Assembly: GCA_964016885.1 (NCBI GenBank) | Contig: OZ024760.1 | Coordinates: 28,458,001 to 28,522,000 of the forward strand | DNA: 64,000 bases | Reading direction: 5' to 3' | DNA from: Eledone cirrhosa | Taxonomy: Eukaryota | In this document: piece by piece, positions 1 through 15,000 of the stretch | How the letters are laid out: every line of letters begins with the position of its first letter | Position numbering within the stretch: position 1 is the first letter of the stretch | Notes under the pieces: model-generated | Told to the model about the DNA's origin: nothing | What the model saw: only the letters and a program-made list of their open reading frames with translations | The model's database searches: none | Position numbers and translations under genes: made by a program

Positions 1-3000
1 ACTGAGGATGTCCTTGTGTGGGGTATTGTCCTACCAGCTGACTGAGGATGTCCTTGTGTGGGGTATAGTCCTACCAGCTGACTGAGGATGTCCTTGTATG
101 GAGTATGGTCCTACCAGCTGACTGAGGATGTCCTTGTGTGGGGTATGGTCCTACCAGCTGACTGAGGATGTCCTTGTGTGGGGTATGGTCCTACCAGCTG
201 ACTGTGAGGATGTCGTTGTGTGGGGTATAGTCCTACCAGCTGACTGAGGATGTCCTTGTGTGGGGTATGGTCCTACCAGCTGACTGAGGATGTCCTTGTG
301 TGGGGTATAGTCCTACCAGCTGACTGAGGATGTCCTTGTATGGAGTATGGTCCTACCAGCTGACTGAGGATGTCCTTGTGTGGGGTATGGTCCTACCAGC
401 TGACTGAGGATGTCCTTGTGTGGGGTATGGTCCTACCAGCTGACTGAGGATGTCCTTGTATGGAGTATGGTCCTACCAGCTGACTGAGGATGTCCTTGTG
501 TGGGGTATTGTCCTACCAGCTGACTGAGGATGTCCTTGTGTGGGGTATAGTCCTACCAGCTGACTGAGGATGTCCTTGTATGGAGTATGGTCCTACCAGC
601 TGACTGAGGATGTCCTTGTGTGGGGTATGGTCCTACCAGCTGACTGAGGATGTCCTTGTGTGGGGTATGGTCCTACCAGCTGACTGTGAGGATGTCGTTG
701 TGTGGGGTATAGTCCTACCAGCTGACTGAGGATGTCCTTGTGTGGGGTATGGTCCTACCAGCTGACTGAGGATGTCCTTGTGTGGGGTATGGTCCTACCA
801 GCTAACTGTGAGGATGTCCTTGTGTGGGGTATAGTCCTACCAGCTGACTCTGAGGATGTCCTTGTGTGGGGTATGGTCAAACCAGCTGACTGAGGATGTC
901 CTTGTGTGGGGTATAGTCCTACCAGCTGACTCTGAGGATGTCCTTGTGTGGGGTATGGTCCTACCAGCTGACTGAGGATGTCCTTGTGTGGGGTATAGTC
1001 CTACCAGCTGACTGAGGATGTCCTTGTGTGGGGTATAGTCCTACCAGTTGACTGAGGATGTCCTTGTGTGGGGTATAGTCCTACCAGCTGACTGAGGATG
1101 TCCTTGTGTGGGCTATAGTCCTACCAGCTGACTGAGAATGTCCTTGTATGGGGTATGGTCCTACCAGCTGACTGAGGATGTCCTTGTATGGGGTATAGTC
1201 CTACCAGCTGACTGACGATGTCCTTGTGTGGGGTATAGTCCTACCAGCTGACTGAGGATGTCCTTGTGTGGGGGTATAGTCCTACCAGCTGACTGAGGAT
1301 GTCCTTGTATGGGGTATGGTCCTACCAGGTGACTGAGAATGTCCTTGTATGGGGTATGGTCCTACCAGCTGACTGTGAGGATGTCCTTGTGTGGGGTATG
1401 GTCCTACCAGCTGACTGTGAGGATGTCCTTGGGTGGAGTATGGTCCTACCAGCTGACTGAGGATGTCCTTGTGTGGGGTATGGTCCTACCAGCTGACTGT
1501 GAGGATGTCCTTGTGTGGGGTATGGTCCTACCAGCTGACTGTGAGGATGTCCTTGTGTGGGGTATGGTCCTACCAGCTGACTGAGGATGTCCTTGTATGG
1601 GGTATGGTCCTACCAGCTGACTCTGAGGATGTCCTTGTGTGGGGTATGGTCCTACCAGCTGACTGAGGATGTCCTTGTGTGGTGTATGGTCCTACCAGCT
1701 GACTGTGAGGATGTCCTTGTGTGGGGTATGGTCCTACCAGCTGACTGTGAGGATGTCCTTGTGTGGGGTATGGCCCTACCAGCTGACTGAGTATGTCCTT
1801 GTGTGGGGTATGGTCCTACCAGCTGACTGAGGATGTCCTTGTGTGGGGTATGGTCCTACCATCTGACTGAGGATGTCCTTGTGTGGGGTATGGTCCTACC
1901 AGCTGACTGTGAGGATGTCCTTGTGTGGGGTATGGTCCTACCAGCTGACTGAGGATGTCCTTGTGTGGGGTATGGTCCTACCAGCTGACTGTGAGGATGT
2001 CCTTGTGTGGGGTATGATCCTACCAGCTGACTGAGGATGTCCTTATGTGGGGTATGGTCCTGCCAGCTGACTGAGGATATCCTTGTGTGGGGTATGGTCC
2101 TACCAGCTGACTGTGAGGATGTCCTTGTATGGGGTATGGTCCTACCAGCTGACTGTGAGGATGTCCTTGTGTGGGGTATGGTCCTACCAGCTGACTGAGG
2201 ATGTCCTTGTGTGGGGTATAGTCCTACCAGCTGACTGTGAGGATGTCCTTGTATGGGGTATGGTCCTACCAGCTGACTGTGAGGATGTCCTTGTGTGGGG
2301 TATAGTCCTACCAGCTGACTGAGGAGGTCCTTGTGTGGGGTATGGTCCTACCAGCTGAGTGTGAGGATGTCCTTGTGTGGGGTATAGTCCTACCAGCTGA
2401 CTGAGGATGTCCTTGTGTGGGGTATGGTACTACCAGCTGACTGAGGATGTCCTTGTATGGGGTATAGTCCTACCAGCTGACTGAGGATGTCCTTGTGTGG
2501 GGTATGGTCCTACCAGTTGACTGAGGATGTCCTTGTATGGGGTATAGTCCTACCAGCTGACTGAGGATGTCCTTGTGTGGGGTATGGTCCTACCAGCTGA
2601 CTGAGGATGTCCTTGTGTGGGGTATGGTCCTACCAGCTGAAAGGATGTCCTTGTATGGAGTATGGTCCTAGCAGCTGACTGTGAGGATGTCCTTGTGTGG
2701 GGTATGGTCCTACCAGCTGACTGAGGATGTCCTTGTATGGAGTATGGTCCTACCAGCTGACTGAGGATGTCCTTGTGTGGGGTATGGTCCTACCAGCTGA
2801 CTGAGGATGTCCTTGTATGGAGTATGGTCCTACCAGCTGACTGAGGATGTCCTTGTGTGGGGTATTGTCCTACCAGCTGACTGAGGATGTCCTTGTGTGG
2901 GGTATAGTCCTACCAGCTGACTGAGGATGTCCTTGTATGGAGTATGGTCCTACCAGCTGACTGAGGATGTCCTTGTGTGGGGTATGGTCCTACCAGCTGA

Positions 3001-6000
3001 CTGAGGATGTCCTTGTGTGGGGTATGGTCCTACCAGCTGACTGTGAGGATGTCGTTGTGTGGGGTATAGTCCTACCAGCTGACTGAGGATGTCCTTGTGT
3101 GGGGTATGGTCCTACCAGCTGACTGAGGATGTCCTTGTGTGGGGTATAGTCCTACCAGCTGACTGAGGATGTCCTTGTATGGAGTATGGTCCTACCAGCT
3201 GACTGAGGATGTCCTTGTGTGGGGTATGGTCCTACCAGCTGACTGAGGATGTCCTTGTGTGGGGTATGGTCCTACCAGCTGACTGAGGATGTCCTTGTAT
3301 GGAGTATGGTCCTACCAGCTGACTGAGGATGTCCTTGTGTGGGGTATTGTCCTACCAGCTGACTGAGGATGTCCTTGTGTGGGGTATAGTCCTACCAGCT
3401 GACTGAGGATGTCCTTGTATGGAGTATGGTCCTACCAGCTGACTGAGGATGTCCTTGTGTGGGGTATGGTCCTACCAGCTGACTGAGGATGTCCTTGTGT
3501 GGGGTATGGTCCTACCAGCTGACTGTGAGGATGTCGTTGTGTGGGGTATAGTCCTACCAGCTGACTGAGGATGTCCTTGTGTGGGGTATGGTCCTACCAG
3601 CTGACTGAGGATGTCCTTGTGTGGGGTATAGTCCTACCAGCTGACTGAGGATGTCCTTGTATGGAGTATGGTCCTACCAGCTGACTGAGGATGTCCTTGT
3701 GTGGGGTATGGTCCTACCAGCTAACTCTGAGGGTGTCCTTGTGTGGGCTATGGTCCTATCAGCTGACTCTGAGGGTGTCCTTGGTGGGGTATGGTCCTAC
3801 CAGCTGACTGTGAGGATGTCCTTGTGTGGGGTATAGTCCTACCAGCTGACTCTGAGGGTGTCCTTGTATGGGCTATGGTCCTATCAGCTGACTCTGAGGG
3901 TGTCCTTGGTGGGGTATGGTCCTACCAGCTGACTGTGAGGATGTCCTTGTGTGGGGTATGGTCCTACCAGCTGACTCTGAGGGTGTCCTTGTGTGGGGTA
4001 TGGTCCTACCAGCTGACTGAGGATGTCCTTGTGTGGGGTATGGTCCTACCAGCTGACTGAGGATGTCCTTGTGTGGGGTATGGTCCTACCAGCTCTGTGA
4101 GGATGTCCTTGTATGGGGTATGATCCTACCAGCTGACTCTGAGGATGTCCTTGTGTGGGGTATGGTCCTACCAGCTGACTCTGAGGATGTCCTTGTGTGG
4201 GGTATGGTCCTACCAGCTGACTGTGAGGATGTCCTTGTATAGGGTATGGTCCTACCAGCTGACTGTGAGGATGTCCTTGTGTGGGGTATAGTCCTACCAG
4301 CTGACTGAGGAGGTCCTTGTGTGGGGTATGGTCCTACCAGCTGACTGTGAGGATGTCCTTGTGTGGGGTATAGTCCTACCAGCTGACTGAGGATGTCCTT
4401 GTGTGGGGTATGGTACTACCAGCTGACTGAGGATGTCCTTGTATGGGGTATAGTCCTACCAGCTGACTGAGGATGTCCTTGTGTGGGGTATGGTCCTACC
4501 AGTTGACTGAGGATGTCCTTGTATGGGGTATAGTCCTACCAGCTGACTGAGGATGTCCTTGTGTGGGGTATGGTCCTACCAGCTGACTGAGGATGTCCTT
4601 GTGTGGGGTATAGTCCTACCAGCTGAAAGGATGTCCTTGTATGGAGTATGGTCCTACCAGCTGACTGTGAGGATGTCCTTGTGTGGGGTATGGTCCTACC
4701 AGCTGACTGAGGATGTCCTTGTATGGAGTATGGTCCTACCAGCTGACTGAGGATGTCCTTGTGTGGGGTATGGTCCTACCAGCTGACTGAGGATGTCCTT
4801 GTATGGAGTATGGTCCTACCAGCTGACTGAGGATGTCCTTGTGTGGGGTATTGTCCTACCAGCTGACTGAGGATGTCCTTGTGTGGGGTATAGTCCTACC
4901 AGCTGACTGAGGATGTCCTTGTATGGAGTATGGTCCTACCAGCTGACTGAGGATGTCCTTGTGTGGGGTATGGTCCTACCAGCTGACTGAGGATGTCCTT
5001 GTGTGGGGTATGGTCCTACCAGCTGACTGTGAGGATGTCGTTGTGTGGGGTATAGTCCTACCAGCTGACTGAGGATGTCCTTGTGTGGGGTATGGTCCTA
5101 CCAGCTGACTGAGGATGTCCTTGTGTGGGGTATAGTCCTACCAGCTGACTGAGGATGTCCTTGTATGGAGTATGGTCCTACCAGCTGACTGAGGATGTCC
5201 TTGTGTGGGGTATGGTCCTACCAGCTGACTGAGGATGTCCTTGTGTGGGGTATGGTCCTACCAGCTGACTGAGGATGTCCTTGTATGGAGTATGGTCCTA
5301 CCAGCTGACTGAGGATGTCCTTGTGTGGGGTATTGTCCTACCAGCTGACTGAGGATGTCCTTGTGTGGGGTATAGTCCTACCAGCTGACTGAGGTTGTCC
5401 TTGTATGGAGTATGGTCCTACCAGCTGACTGAGGATGTCCTTGTGTGGGGTATGGTCCTACCAGCTGACTGAGGATGTCCTTGTGTGGGGTATGGTCCTA
5501 CCAGCTGACTGTGAGGATGTCGTTGTGTGGGGTATAGTCCTACCAGCTGACTGAGGATGTCCTTGTGTGGGGTATGGTCCTACCAGCTGACTGAGGATGT
5601 CCTTGTGTGGGGTATAGTCCTACCAGCTGACTGAGGATGTCCTTGTATGGAGTATGGTCCTACCAGCTGACTGAGGATGTCCTTGTGTGGGGTATGGTCC
5701 TACCAGCTAACTCTGAGGGTGTCCTTGTGTGGGCTATGGTCCTATCAGCTGACTCTGAGGGTGTCCTTGGTGGGGTATGGTCCTACCAGCTGACTGTGAG
5801 GATGTCCTTGTGTGGGGTATAGTCCTACCAGCTGACTCTGAGGGTGTCCTTGTATGGGCTATGGTCCTATCAGCTGACTCTGAGGGTGTCCTTGGTGGGG
5901 TATGGTCCTACCAGCTGACTGTGAGGATGTCCTTGTGTGGGGTATGGTCCTACCAGCTGACTCTGAGGGTGTCCTTGTGTGGGGTATGGTCCTACCAGCT

Positions 6001-9000
6001 GACTGAGGATGTCCTTGTGTGGGGTATGGTCCTACCAGCTGACTGAGGATGTCCTTGTATGGAGTATGGTCCTACCAGCTGACTGAGGATGTCCTTGTGT
6101 GGGGTATTGTCCTACCAGCTGACTGAGGATGTCCTTGTGTGGGGTATAGTCCTACCAGCTGACTGAGGATGTCCTTGTATGGAGTATGGTCCTACCAGCT
6201 GACTGAGGATGTCCTTGTGTGGGGTATGGTCCTACCAGCTGACTGAGGATGTCCTTGTGTGGGGTATGGTCCTACCAGCTGACTGTGAGGATGTCGTTGT
6301 GTGGGGTATAGTCCTACCAGCTGACTGAGGATGTCCTTGTGTGGGGTATGGTCCTACCAGCTGACTGAGGATGTCCTTGTGTGGGGTATAGTCCTACCAG
6401 CTGACTGAGGATGTCCTTGTATGGAGTATGGTCCTACCAGCTGACTGAGGATGTCCTTGTGTGGGGTATGGTCCTACCAGCTGACTGAGGATGTCCTTGT
6501 GTGGGGTATGGTCCTACCAGCTGACTGAGGATGTCCTTGTATGGAGTATGGTCCTACCAGCTGACTGAGGATGTCCTTGTGTGGGGTATTGTCCTACCAG
6601 CTGACTGAGGATGTCCTTGTGTGGGGTATAGTCCTACCAGCTGACTGAGGATGTCCTTGTATGGAGTATGGTCCTACCAGCTGACTGAGGATGTCCTTGT
6701 GTGGGGTATGGTCCTACCAGCTGACTGAGGATGTCCTTGTGTGGGGTATGGTCCTACCAGCTGACTGTGAGGATGTCGTTGTGTGGGGTACAGTCCTACC
6801 AGCTGACTGAGGATGTCCTTGTGTGGGGTATGGTCCTACCAGCTGACTGAGGATGTCCTTGTGTGGGGTATAGTCCTACCAGCTGACTGAGGATGTCCTT
6901 GTATGGAGTATGGTCCTACCAGCTGACTGAGGATGTCCTTGTGTGGGGTATGGTCCTACCAGCTAACTCTGAGGGTGTCCTTGTGTGGGCTATGGTCCTA
7001 TCAGCTGACTCTGAGGGTGTCCTTGGTGGGGTATGGTCCTACCAGCTGACTGTGAGGATGTCCTTGTGTGGGGTATAGTCCTACCAGCTGACTCTGAGGG
7101 TGTCCTTGTATGGGCTATGGTCCTATCAGCTGACTCTGAGGGTGTCCTTGGTGGGGTATGGTCCTACCAGCTGACTGTGAGGATGTCCTTGTGTGGGGTA
7201 TGGTCCTACCAGCTGACTCTGAGGGTGTCCTTGTGTGGGGTATGGTCCTACCAGCTGACTGAGGATGTCCTTGTGTGGGGTATGGTCCTACCAGCTGACT
7301 GAGGATGTCCTTGTGTGGGGTATGGTCCTACCAGCTCTGTGAGGATGTCCTTGTATGGGGTATGATCCTACCAGCTGACTCTGAGGATGTCCTTGTGTGG
7401 GGTATAGTCCTACCAGCTGACTGAGGATGTCCTTGTGTGGGGTATGGTACTACCAGCTGACTGAGGATGTCCTTGTATGGGGTATAGTCCTACCAGCTGA
7501 CTGAGGATGTCCTTGTGTGGGGTATGGTCCTACCAGTTGACTGAGGATGTCCTTGTATGGGGTATAGTCCTACCAGCTGACTGAGGATGTCCTTGTGTGG
7601 GGTATGGTCCTACCAGCTGACTGAGGATGTCCTTGTGTGGGGTATAGTCCTACCAGCTGAAAGGATGTCCTTGTATGGAGTATGGTCCTACCAGCTGACT
7701 GTGAGGATGTCCTTGTGTGGGGTATGGTCCTAACAGCTGACTGAGGATGTCCTTGTATGGAGTATGGTCCTACCAGCTGACTGAGGATGTCCTTGTGTGG
7801 GGTATGGTCCTACCAGCTGACTGAGGATGTCCTTGTATGGAGTATGGTCCTACCAGCTGACTGAGGATGTCCTTGTGTGGGGTATTGTCCTACCAGCTGA
7901 CTGAGGATGTCCTTGTGTGGGGTATAGTCCTACCAGCTGACTGAGGATGTCCTTGTATGGAGTATGGTCCTACCAGCTGACTGAGGATGTCCTTGTGTGG
8001 GGTATGGTCCTACCAGCTGACTGAGGATGTCCTTGTGTGGGGTATGGTCCTACCAGCTGACTGTGAGGATGTCGTTGTGTGGGGTATAGTCCTACCAGCT
8101 GACTGAGGATGTCCTTGTGTGGGGTATGGTCCTACCAGCTGACTGAGGATGTCCTTGTGTGGGGTATAGTCCTACCAGCTGACTGAGGATGTCCTTGTAT
8201 GGAGTATGGTCCTACCAGCTGACTGAGGATGTCCTTGTGTGGGGTATGGTCCTACCAGCTGACTGAGGATGTCCTTGTGTGGGGTATGGTCCTACCAGCT
8301 GACTGAGGATGTCCTTGTATGGAGTATGGTCCTACCAGCTGACTGAGGATGTCCTTGTGTGGGGTATTGTCCTACCAGCTGACTGAGGATGTCCTTGTGT
8401 GGGGTATAGTCCTACCAGCTGACTGAGGTTGTCCTTGTATGGAGTATGGTCCTACCAGCTGACTGAGGATGTCCTTGTGTGGGGTATGGTCCTACCAGCT
8501 GACTGAGGATGTCCTTGTGTGGGGTATGGTCCTACCAGCTGACTGTGAGGATGTCGTTGTGTGGGGTATAGTCCTACCAGCTGACTGAGGATGTCCTTGT
8601 GTGGGGTATGGTCCTACCAGCTGACTGAGGATGTCCTTGTGTGGGGTATAGTCCTACCAGCTGACTGAGGATGTCCTTGTATGGAGTATGGTCCTACCAG
8701 CTGACTGAGGATGTCCTTGTGTGGGGTATGGTCCTACCAGCTAACTCTGAGGGTGTCCTTGTGTGGGCTATGGTCCTATCAGCTGACTGAGGATGTCCTT
8801 GTATGGAGTATGGTCCTACCAGCTGACTGAGGATGTCCTTGTGTGGGGTATGGTCCTACCAGCTAACTCTGAGGGTGTCCTTGTGTGGGCTATGGTCCTA
8901 TCAGCTGACTCTGAGGGTGTCCTTGGTGGGGTATGGTCCTACCAGCTGACTGTGAGGATGTCCTTGTGTGGGGTATAGTCCTACCAGCTGACTCTGAGGG

Positions 9001-12000
9001 TGTCCTTGTATGGGCTATGGTCCTATCAGCTGACTCTGAGGGTGTCCTTGGTGGGGTATGGTCCTACCAGCTGACTGTGAGGATGTCCTTGTGTGGGGTA
9101 TGGTCCTACCAGCTGACTCTGAGGGTGTCCTTGTGTGGGGTATGGTCCTACCAGCTGACTGAGGATGTCCTTGTGTGGGGTATGGTCCTACCAGCTGACT
9201 GAGGATGTCCTTGTGTGGGGTATGGTCCTACCAGCTCTGTGAGGATGTCCTTGTATGGGGTATGATCCTACCAGCTGACTCTGAGGATGTCCTTGTGTGG
9301 GGTATGGTCCTACCAGCTGACTCTGAGGATGTCCTTGTGTGGGGTATGGTCCTACCAGCTGACTGTGAGGATGTCCTTGTATGGGGTATGGTCCTACCAG
9401 CTGACTGTGAGGATGTCCTTGTGTGGGGTATAGTCCTACCAGCTGACTGAGGAGGTCCTTGTGTGGGGTATGGTCCTACCAGCTGACTGTGAGGATGTCC
9501 TTGTGTGGGGTATAGTCCTACCAGCTGACTGAGGATGTCCTTGTGTGGGGTATGGTACTACCAGCTGACTGAGGATGTCCTTGTATGGGGTATAGTCCTA
9601 CCAGCTGACTGAGGATGTCCTTGTGTGGGGTATGGTCCTACCAGTTGACTGAGGATGTCCTTGTATGGGGTATAGTCCTACCAGCTGACTGAGGATGTCC
9701 TTGTGTGGGGTATGGTCCTACCAGCTGACTGAGGATGTCCTTGTGTGGGGTATAGTCCTACCAGCTGAAAGGATGTCCTTGTATGGAGTATGGTCCTACC
9801 AGCTGACTGTGAGGATGTCCTTGTGTGGGGTATGGTCCTACCAGCTGACTGAGGATGTCCTTGTATGGAGTATGGTCCTACCAGCTGACTGAGGATGTCC
9901 TTGTGTGGGGTATGGTCCTACCAGCTGACTGAGGATGTCCTTGTATGGAGTATGGTCCTACCAGCTGACTGAGGATGTCCTTGTGTGGGGTATTGTCCTA
10001 CCAGCTGACTGAGGATGTCCTTGTGTGGGGTATAGTCCTACCAGCTGACTGAGGATGTCCTTGTATGGAGTATGGTCCTACCAGCTGACTGAGGATGTCC
10101 TTGTGTGGGGTATGGTCCTACCAGCTGACTGAGGATGTCCTTGTGTGGGGTATGGTCCTACCAGCTGACTGTGAGGATGTCGTTGTGTGGGGTATAGTCC
10201 TACCAGCTGACTGAGGATGTCCTTGTGTGGGGTATGGTCCTACCAGCTGACTGAGGATGTCCTTGTGTGGGGTATAGTCCTACCAGCTGACTGAGGATGT
10301 CCTTGTATGGAGTATGGTCCTACCAGCTGACTGAGGATGTCCTTGTGTGGGGTATGGTCCTACCAGCTGACTGAGGATGTCCTTGTGTGGGGTATGGTCC
10401 TACCAGCTGACTGAGGATGTCCTTGTATGGAGTATGGTCCTACCAGCTGACTGAGGATGTCCTTGTGTGGGGTATTGTCCTACCAGCTGACTGAGGATGT
10501 CCTTGTGTGGGGTATAGTCCTACCAGCTGACTGAGGTTGTCCTTGTATGGAGTATGGTCCTACCAGCTGACTGAGGATGTCCTTGTGTGGGGTATGGTCC
10601 TACCAGCTGACTGAGGATGTCCTTGTGTGGGGTATGGTCCTACCAGCTGACTGTGAGGATGTCGTTGTGTGGGGTATAGTCCTACCAGCTGACTGAGGAT
10701 GTCCTTGTGTGGGGTATGGTCCTACCAGCTGACTGAGGATGTCCTTGTGTGGGGTATAGTCCTACCAGCTGACTGAGGATGTCCTTGTATGGAGTATGGT
10801 CCTACCAGCTGACTGAGGATGTCCTTGTGTGGGGTATGGTCCTACCAGCTAACTCTGAGGGTGTCCTTGTGTGGGCTATGGTCCTATCAGCTGACTCTGA
10901 GGGTGTCCTTGGTGGGGTATGGTCCTACCAGCTGACTGTGAGGATGTCCTTGTGTGGGGTATAGTCCTACCAGCTGACTCTGAGGGTGTCCTTGTATGGG
11001 CTATGGTCCTATCAGCTGACTCTGAGGGTGTCCTTGGTGGGGTATGGTCCTACCAGCTGACTGTGAGGATGTCCTTGTGTGGGGTATGGTCCTACCAGCT
11101 GACTCTGAGGGTGTCCTTGTGTGGGGTATGGTCCTACCAGCTGACTGAGGATGTCCTTGTGTGGGGTATGGTCCTACCAGCTGACTGAGGATGTCCTTGT
11201 ATGGAGTATGGTCCTACCAGCTGACTGAGGATGTCCTTGTGTGGGGTATTGTCCTACCAGCTGACTGAGGATGTCCTTGTGTGGGGTATAGTCCTACCAG
11301 CTGACTGAGGATGTCCTTGTATGGAGTATGGTCCTACCAGCTGACTGAGGATGTCCTTGTGTGGGGTATGGTCCTACCAGCTGACTGAGGATGTCCTTGT
11401 GTGGGGTATGGTCCTACCAGCTGACTGTGAGGATGTCGTTGTGTGGGGTATAGTCCTACCAGCTGACTGAGGATGTCCTTGTGTGGGGTATGGTCCTACC
11501 AGCTGACTGAGGATGTCCTTGTGTGGGGTATAGTCCTACCAGCTGACTGAGGATGTCCTTGTATGGAGTATGGTCCTACCAGCTGACTGAGGATGTCCTT
11601 GTGTGGGGTATGGTCCTACCAGCTGACTGAGGATGTCCTTGTGTGGGGTATGGTCCTACCAGCTGACTGAGGATGTCCTTGTATGGAGTATGGTCCTACC
11701 AGCTGACTGAGGATGTCCTTGTGTGGGGTATTGTCCTACCAGCTGACTGAGGATGTCCTTGTGTGGGGTATAGTCCTACCAGCTGACTGAGGATGTCCTT
11801 GTATGGAGTATGGTCCTACCAGCTGACTGAGGATGTCCTTGTGTGGGGTATGGTCCTACCAGCTGACTGAGGATGTCCTTGTGTGGGGTATGGTCCTACC
11901 AGCTGACTGTGAGGATGTCGTTGTGTGGGGTATAGTCCTACCAGCTGACTGAGGATGTCCTTGTGTGGGGTATGGTCCTACCAGCTGACTGAGGATGTCC

Positions 12001-15000
12001 TTGTGTGGGGTATAGTCCTACCAGCTGACTGAGGATGTCCTTGTATGGAGTATGGTCCTACCAGCTGACTGAGGATGTCCTTGTGTGGGGTATGGTCCTA
12101 CCAGCTAACTCTGAGGGTGTCCTTGTGTGGGCTATGGTCCTATCAGCTGACTCTGAGGGTGTCCTTGGTGGGGTATGGTCCTACCAGCTGACTGTGAGGA
12201 TGTCCTTGTGTGGGGTATAGTCCTACCAGCTGACTCTGAGGGTGTCCTTGTATGGGCTATGGTCCTATCAGCTGACTCTGAGGGTGTCCTTGGTGGGGTA
12301 TGGTCCTACCAGCTGACTGTGAGGATGTCCTTGTGTGGGGTATGGTCCTACCAGCTGACTCTGAGGGTGTCCTTGTGTGGGGTATGGTCCTACCAGCTGA
12401 CTGAGGATGTCCTTGTGTGGGGTATGGTCCTACCAGCTGACTGAGGATGTCCTTGTGTGGGGTATGGTCCTACCAGCTCTGTGAGGATGTCCTTGTATGG
12501 GGTATGATCCTACCAGCTGACTCTGAGGATGTCCTTGTGTGGGGTATGGTCCTACCAGCTGACTCTGAGGATGTCCTTGTGTGGGGTATGGTCCTACCAG
12601 CTGACTGTGAGGATGTCCTTGTATGGGGTATGGTCCTACCAGCTGACTGTGAGGATGTCCTTGTGTGGGGTATAGTCCTACCAGCTGACTGAGGAGGTCC
12701 TTGTGTGGGGTATGGTCCTACCAGCTAACTGTGAGGATGTCCTTGTGTGGGGTATAGTCCTACCAGCTGACTGAGGATGTCCTTGTGTGGGGTATGGTAC
12801 TACCAGCTGACTGAGGATGTCCTTGTATGGGGTATAGTCCTACCAGCTGACTGAGGATGTCCTTGTGTGGGGTATGGTCCTACCAGTTGACTGAGGATGT
12901 CCTTGTATGGGGTATAGTCCTACCAGCTGACTGAGGATGTCCTTGTGTGGGGTATGGTCCTACCAGCTGACTGAGGATGTCCTTGTGTGGGGTATAGTCC
13001 TACCAGCTGAAAGGATGTCCTTGTATGGAGTATGGTCCTACCAGCTGACTGTGAGGATGTCCTTGTGTGGGGTATGGTCCTACCAGCTGACTGAGGATGT
13101 CCTTGTATGGAGTATGGTCCTACCAGCTGACTGAGGATGTCCTTGTGTGGGGTATGGTCCTACCAGCTGACTGAGGATGTCCTTGTATGGAGTATGGTCC
13201 TACCAGCTGACTGAGGATGTCCTTGTGTGGGGTATTGTCCTACCAGCTGACTGAGGATGTCCTTGTGTGGGGTATAGTCCTACCAGCTGACTGAGGATGT
13301 CCTTGTATGGAGTATGGTCCTACCAGCTGACTGAGGATGTCCTTGTGTGGGGTATGGTCCTACCAGCTGACTGAGGATGTCCTTGTGTGGGGTATGGTCC
13401 TACCAGCTGACTGTGAGGATGTCGTTGTGTGGGGTATAGTCCTACCAGCTGACTGAGGATGTCCTTGTGTGGGGTATGGTCCTACCAGCTGACTGAGGAT
13501 GTCCTTGTGTGGGGTATAGTCCTACCAGCTGACTGAGGATGTCCTTGTATGGAGTATGGTCCTACCAGCTGACTGAGGATGTCCTTGTGTGGGGTATGGT
13601 CCTACCAGCTGACTGAGGATGTCCTTGTGTGGGGTATGGTCCTACCAGCTGACTGAGGATGTCCTTGTATGGAGTATGGTCCTACCAGCTGACTGAGGAT
13701 GTCCTTGTGTGGGGTATTGTCCTACCAGCTGACTGAGGATGTCCTTGTGTGGGGTATAGTCCTACCAGCTGACTGAGGTTGTCCTTGTATGGAGTATGGT
13801 CCTACCAGCTGACTGAGGATGTCCTTGTGTGGGGTATGGTCCTACCAGCTGACTGAGGATGTCCTTGTGTGGGGTATGGTCCTACCAGCTGACTGTGAGG
13901 ATGTCGTTGTGTGGGGTATAGTCCTACCAGCTGACTGAGGATGTCCTTGTGTGGGGTATGGTCCTACCAGCTGACTGAGGATGTCCTTGTGTGGGGTATA
14001 GTCCTACCAGCTGACTGAGGATGTCCTTGTATGGAGTATGGTCCTACCAGCTGACTGAGGATGTCCTTGTGTGGGGTATGGTCCTACCAGCTAACTCTGA
14101 GGGTGTCCTTGTGTGGGCTATGGTCCTATCAGCTGACTCTGAGGGTGTCCTTGGTGGGGTATGGTCCTACCAGCTGACTGTGAGGATGTCCTTGTGTGGG
14201 GTATAGTCCTACCAGCTGACTCTGAGGGTGTCCTTGTATGGGCTATGGTCCTATCAGCTGACTCTGAGGGTGTCCTTGGTGGGGTATGGTCCTACCAGCT
14301 GACTGTGAGGATGTCCTTGTGTGGGGTATGGTCCTACCAGCTGACTCTGAGGGTGTCCTTGTGTGGGGTATGGTCCTACCAGCTGACTGAGGATGTCCTT
14401 GTGTGGGGTATGGTCCTACCAGCTGACTGAGGATGTCCTTGTGTGGGGTATGGTCCTACCAGCTCTGTGAGGATGTCCTTGTATGGGGTATGATCCTACC
14501 AGCTGACTCTGAGGATGTCCTTGTGTGGGGTATGGTCCTACCAGCTGACTCTGAGGATGTCCTTGTGTGGGGTATGGTCCTACCAGCTGACTGTGAGGAT
14601 GTCCTTGTATGGGGTATGATCCTACCAGCTGACTCTGAGGATGTCCTTGTGTGGGGTATGGTCCTAACATGCTGACTGAGGATGTCCTTGTGTGGGGTAT
14701 GGTCCTACCAGCTGACTGAGGATGTCCTTGTGTGGGGTATGGTCCTACCAGCTGACTCTGAGGGTGTCCTTGTGTGGGGTATGGTCCTACCAGCTGACTG
14801 AGGATGTCCTTGTGTGGGGTATGGTCCTACCAGCTGACTGTGAGGATGTCCTTGTGTGGGGTATGGTCCTACCAGCTGACTGTGAGGATGTCCTTGTGTG
14901 GGGTATGGTCCTACCAGCTGACTGAGGATGTCCTTGTGTGGGGTATGGTCCTACCAGCTGACTGAGGATGTCCTTGTGTGGGGTATGGTCCTACCAGCTG

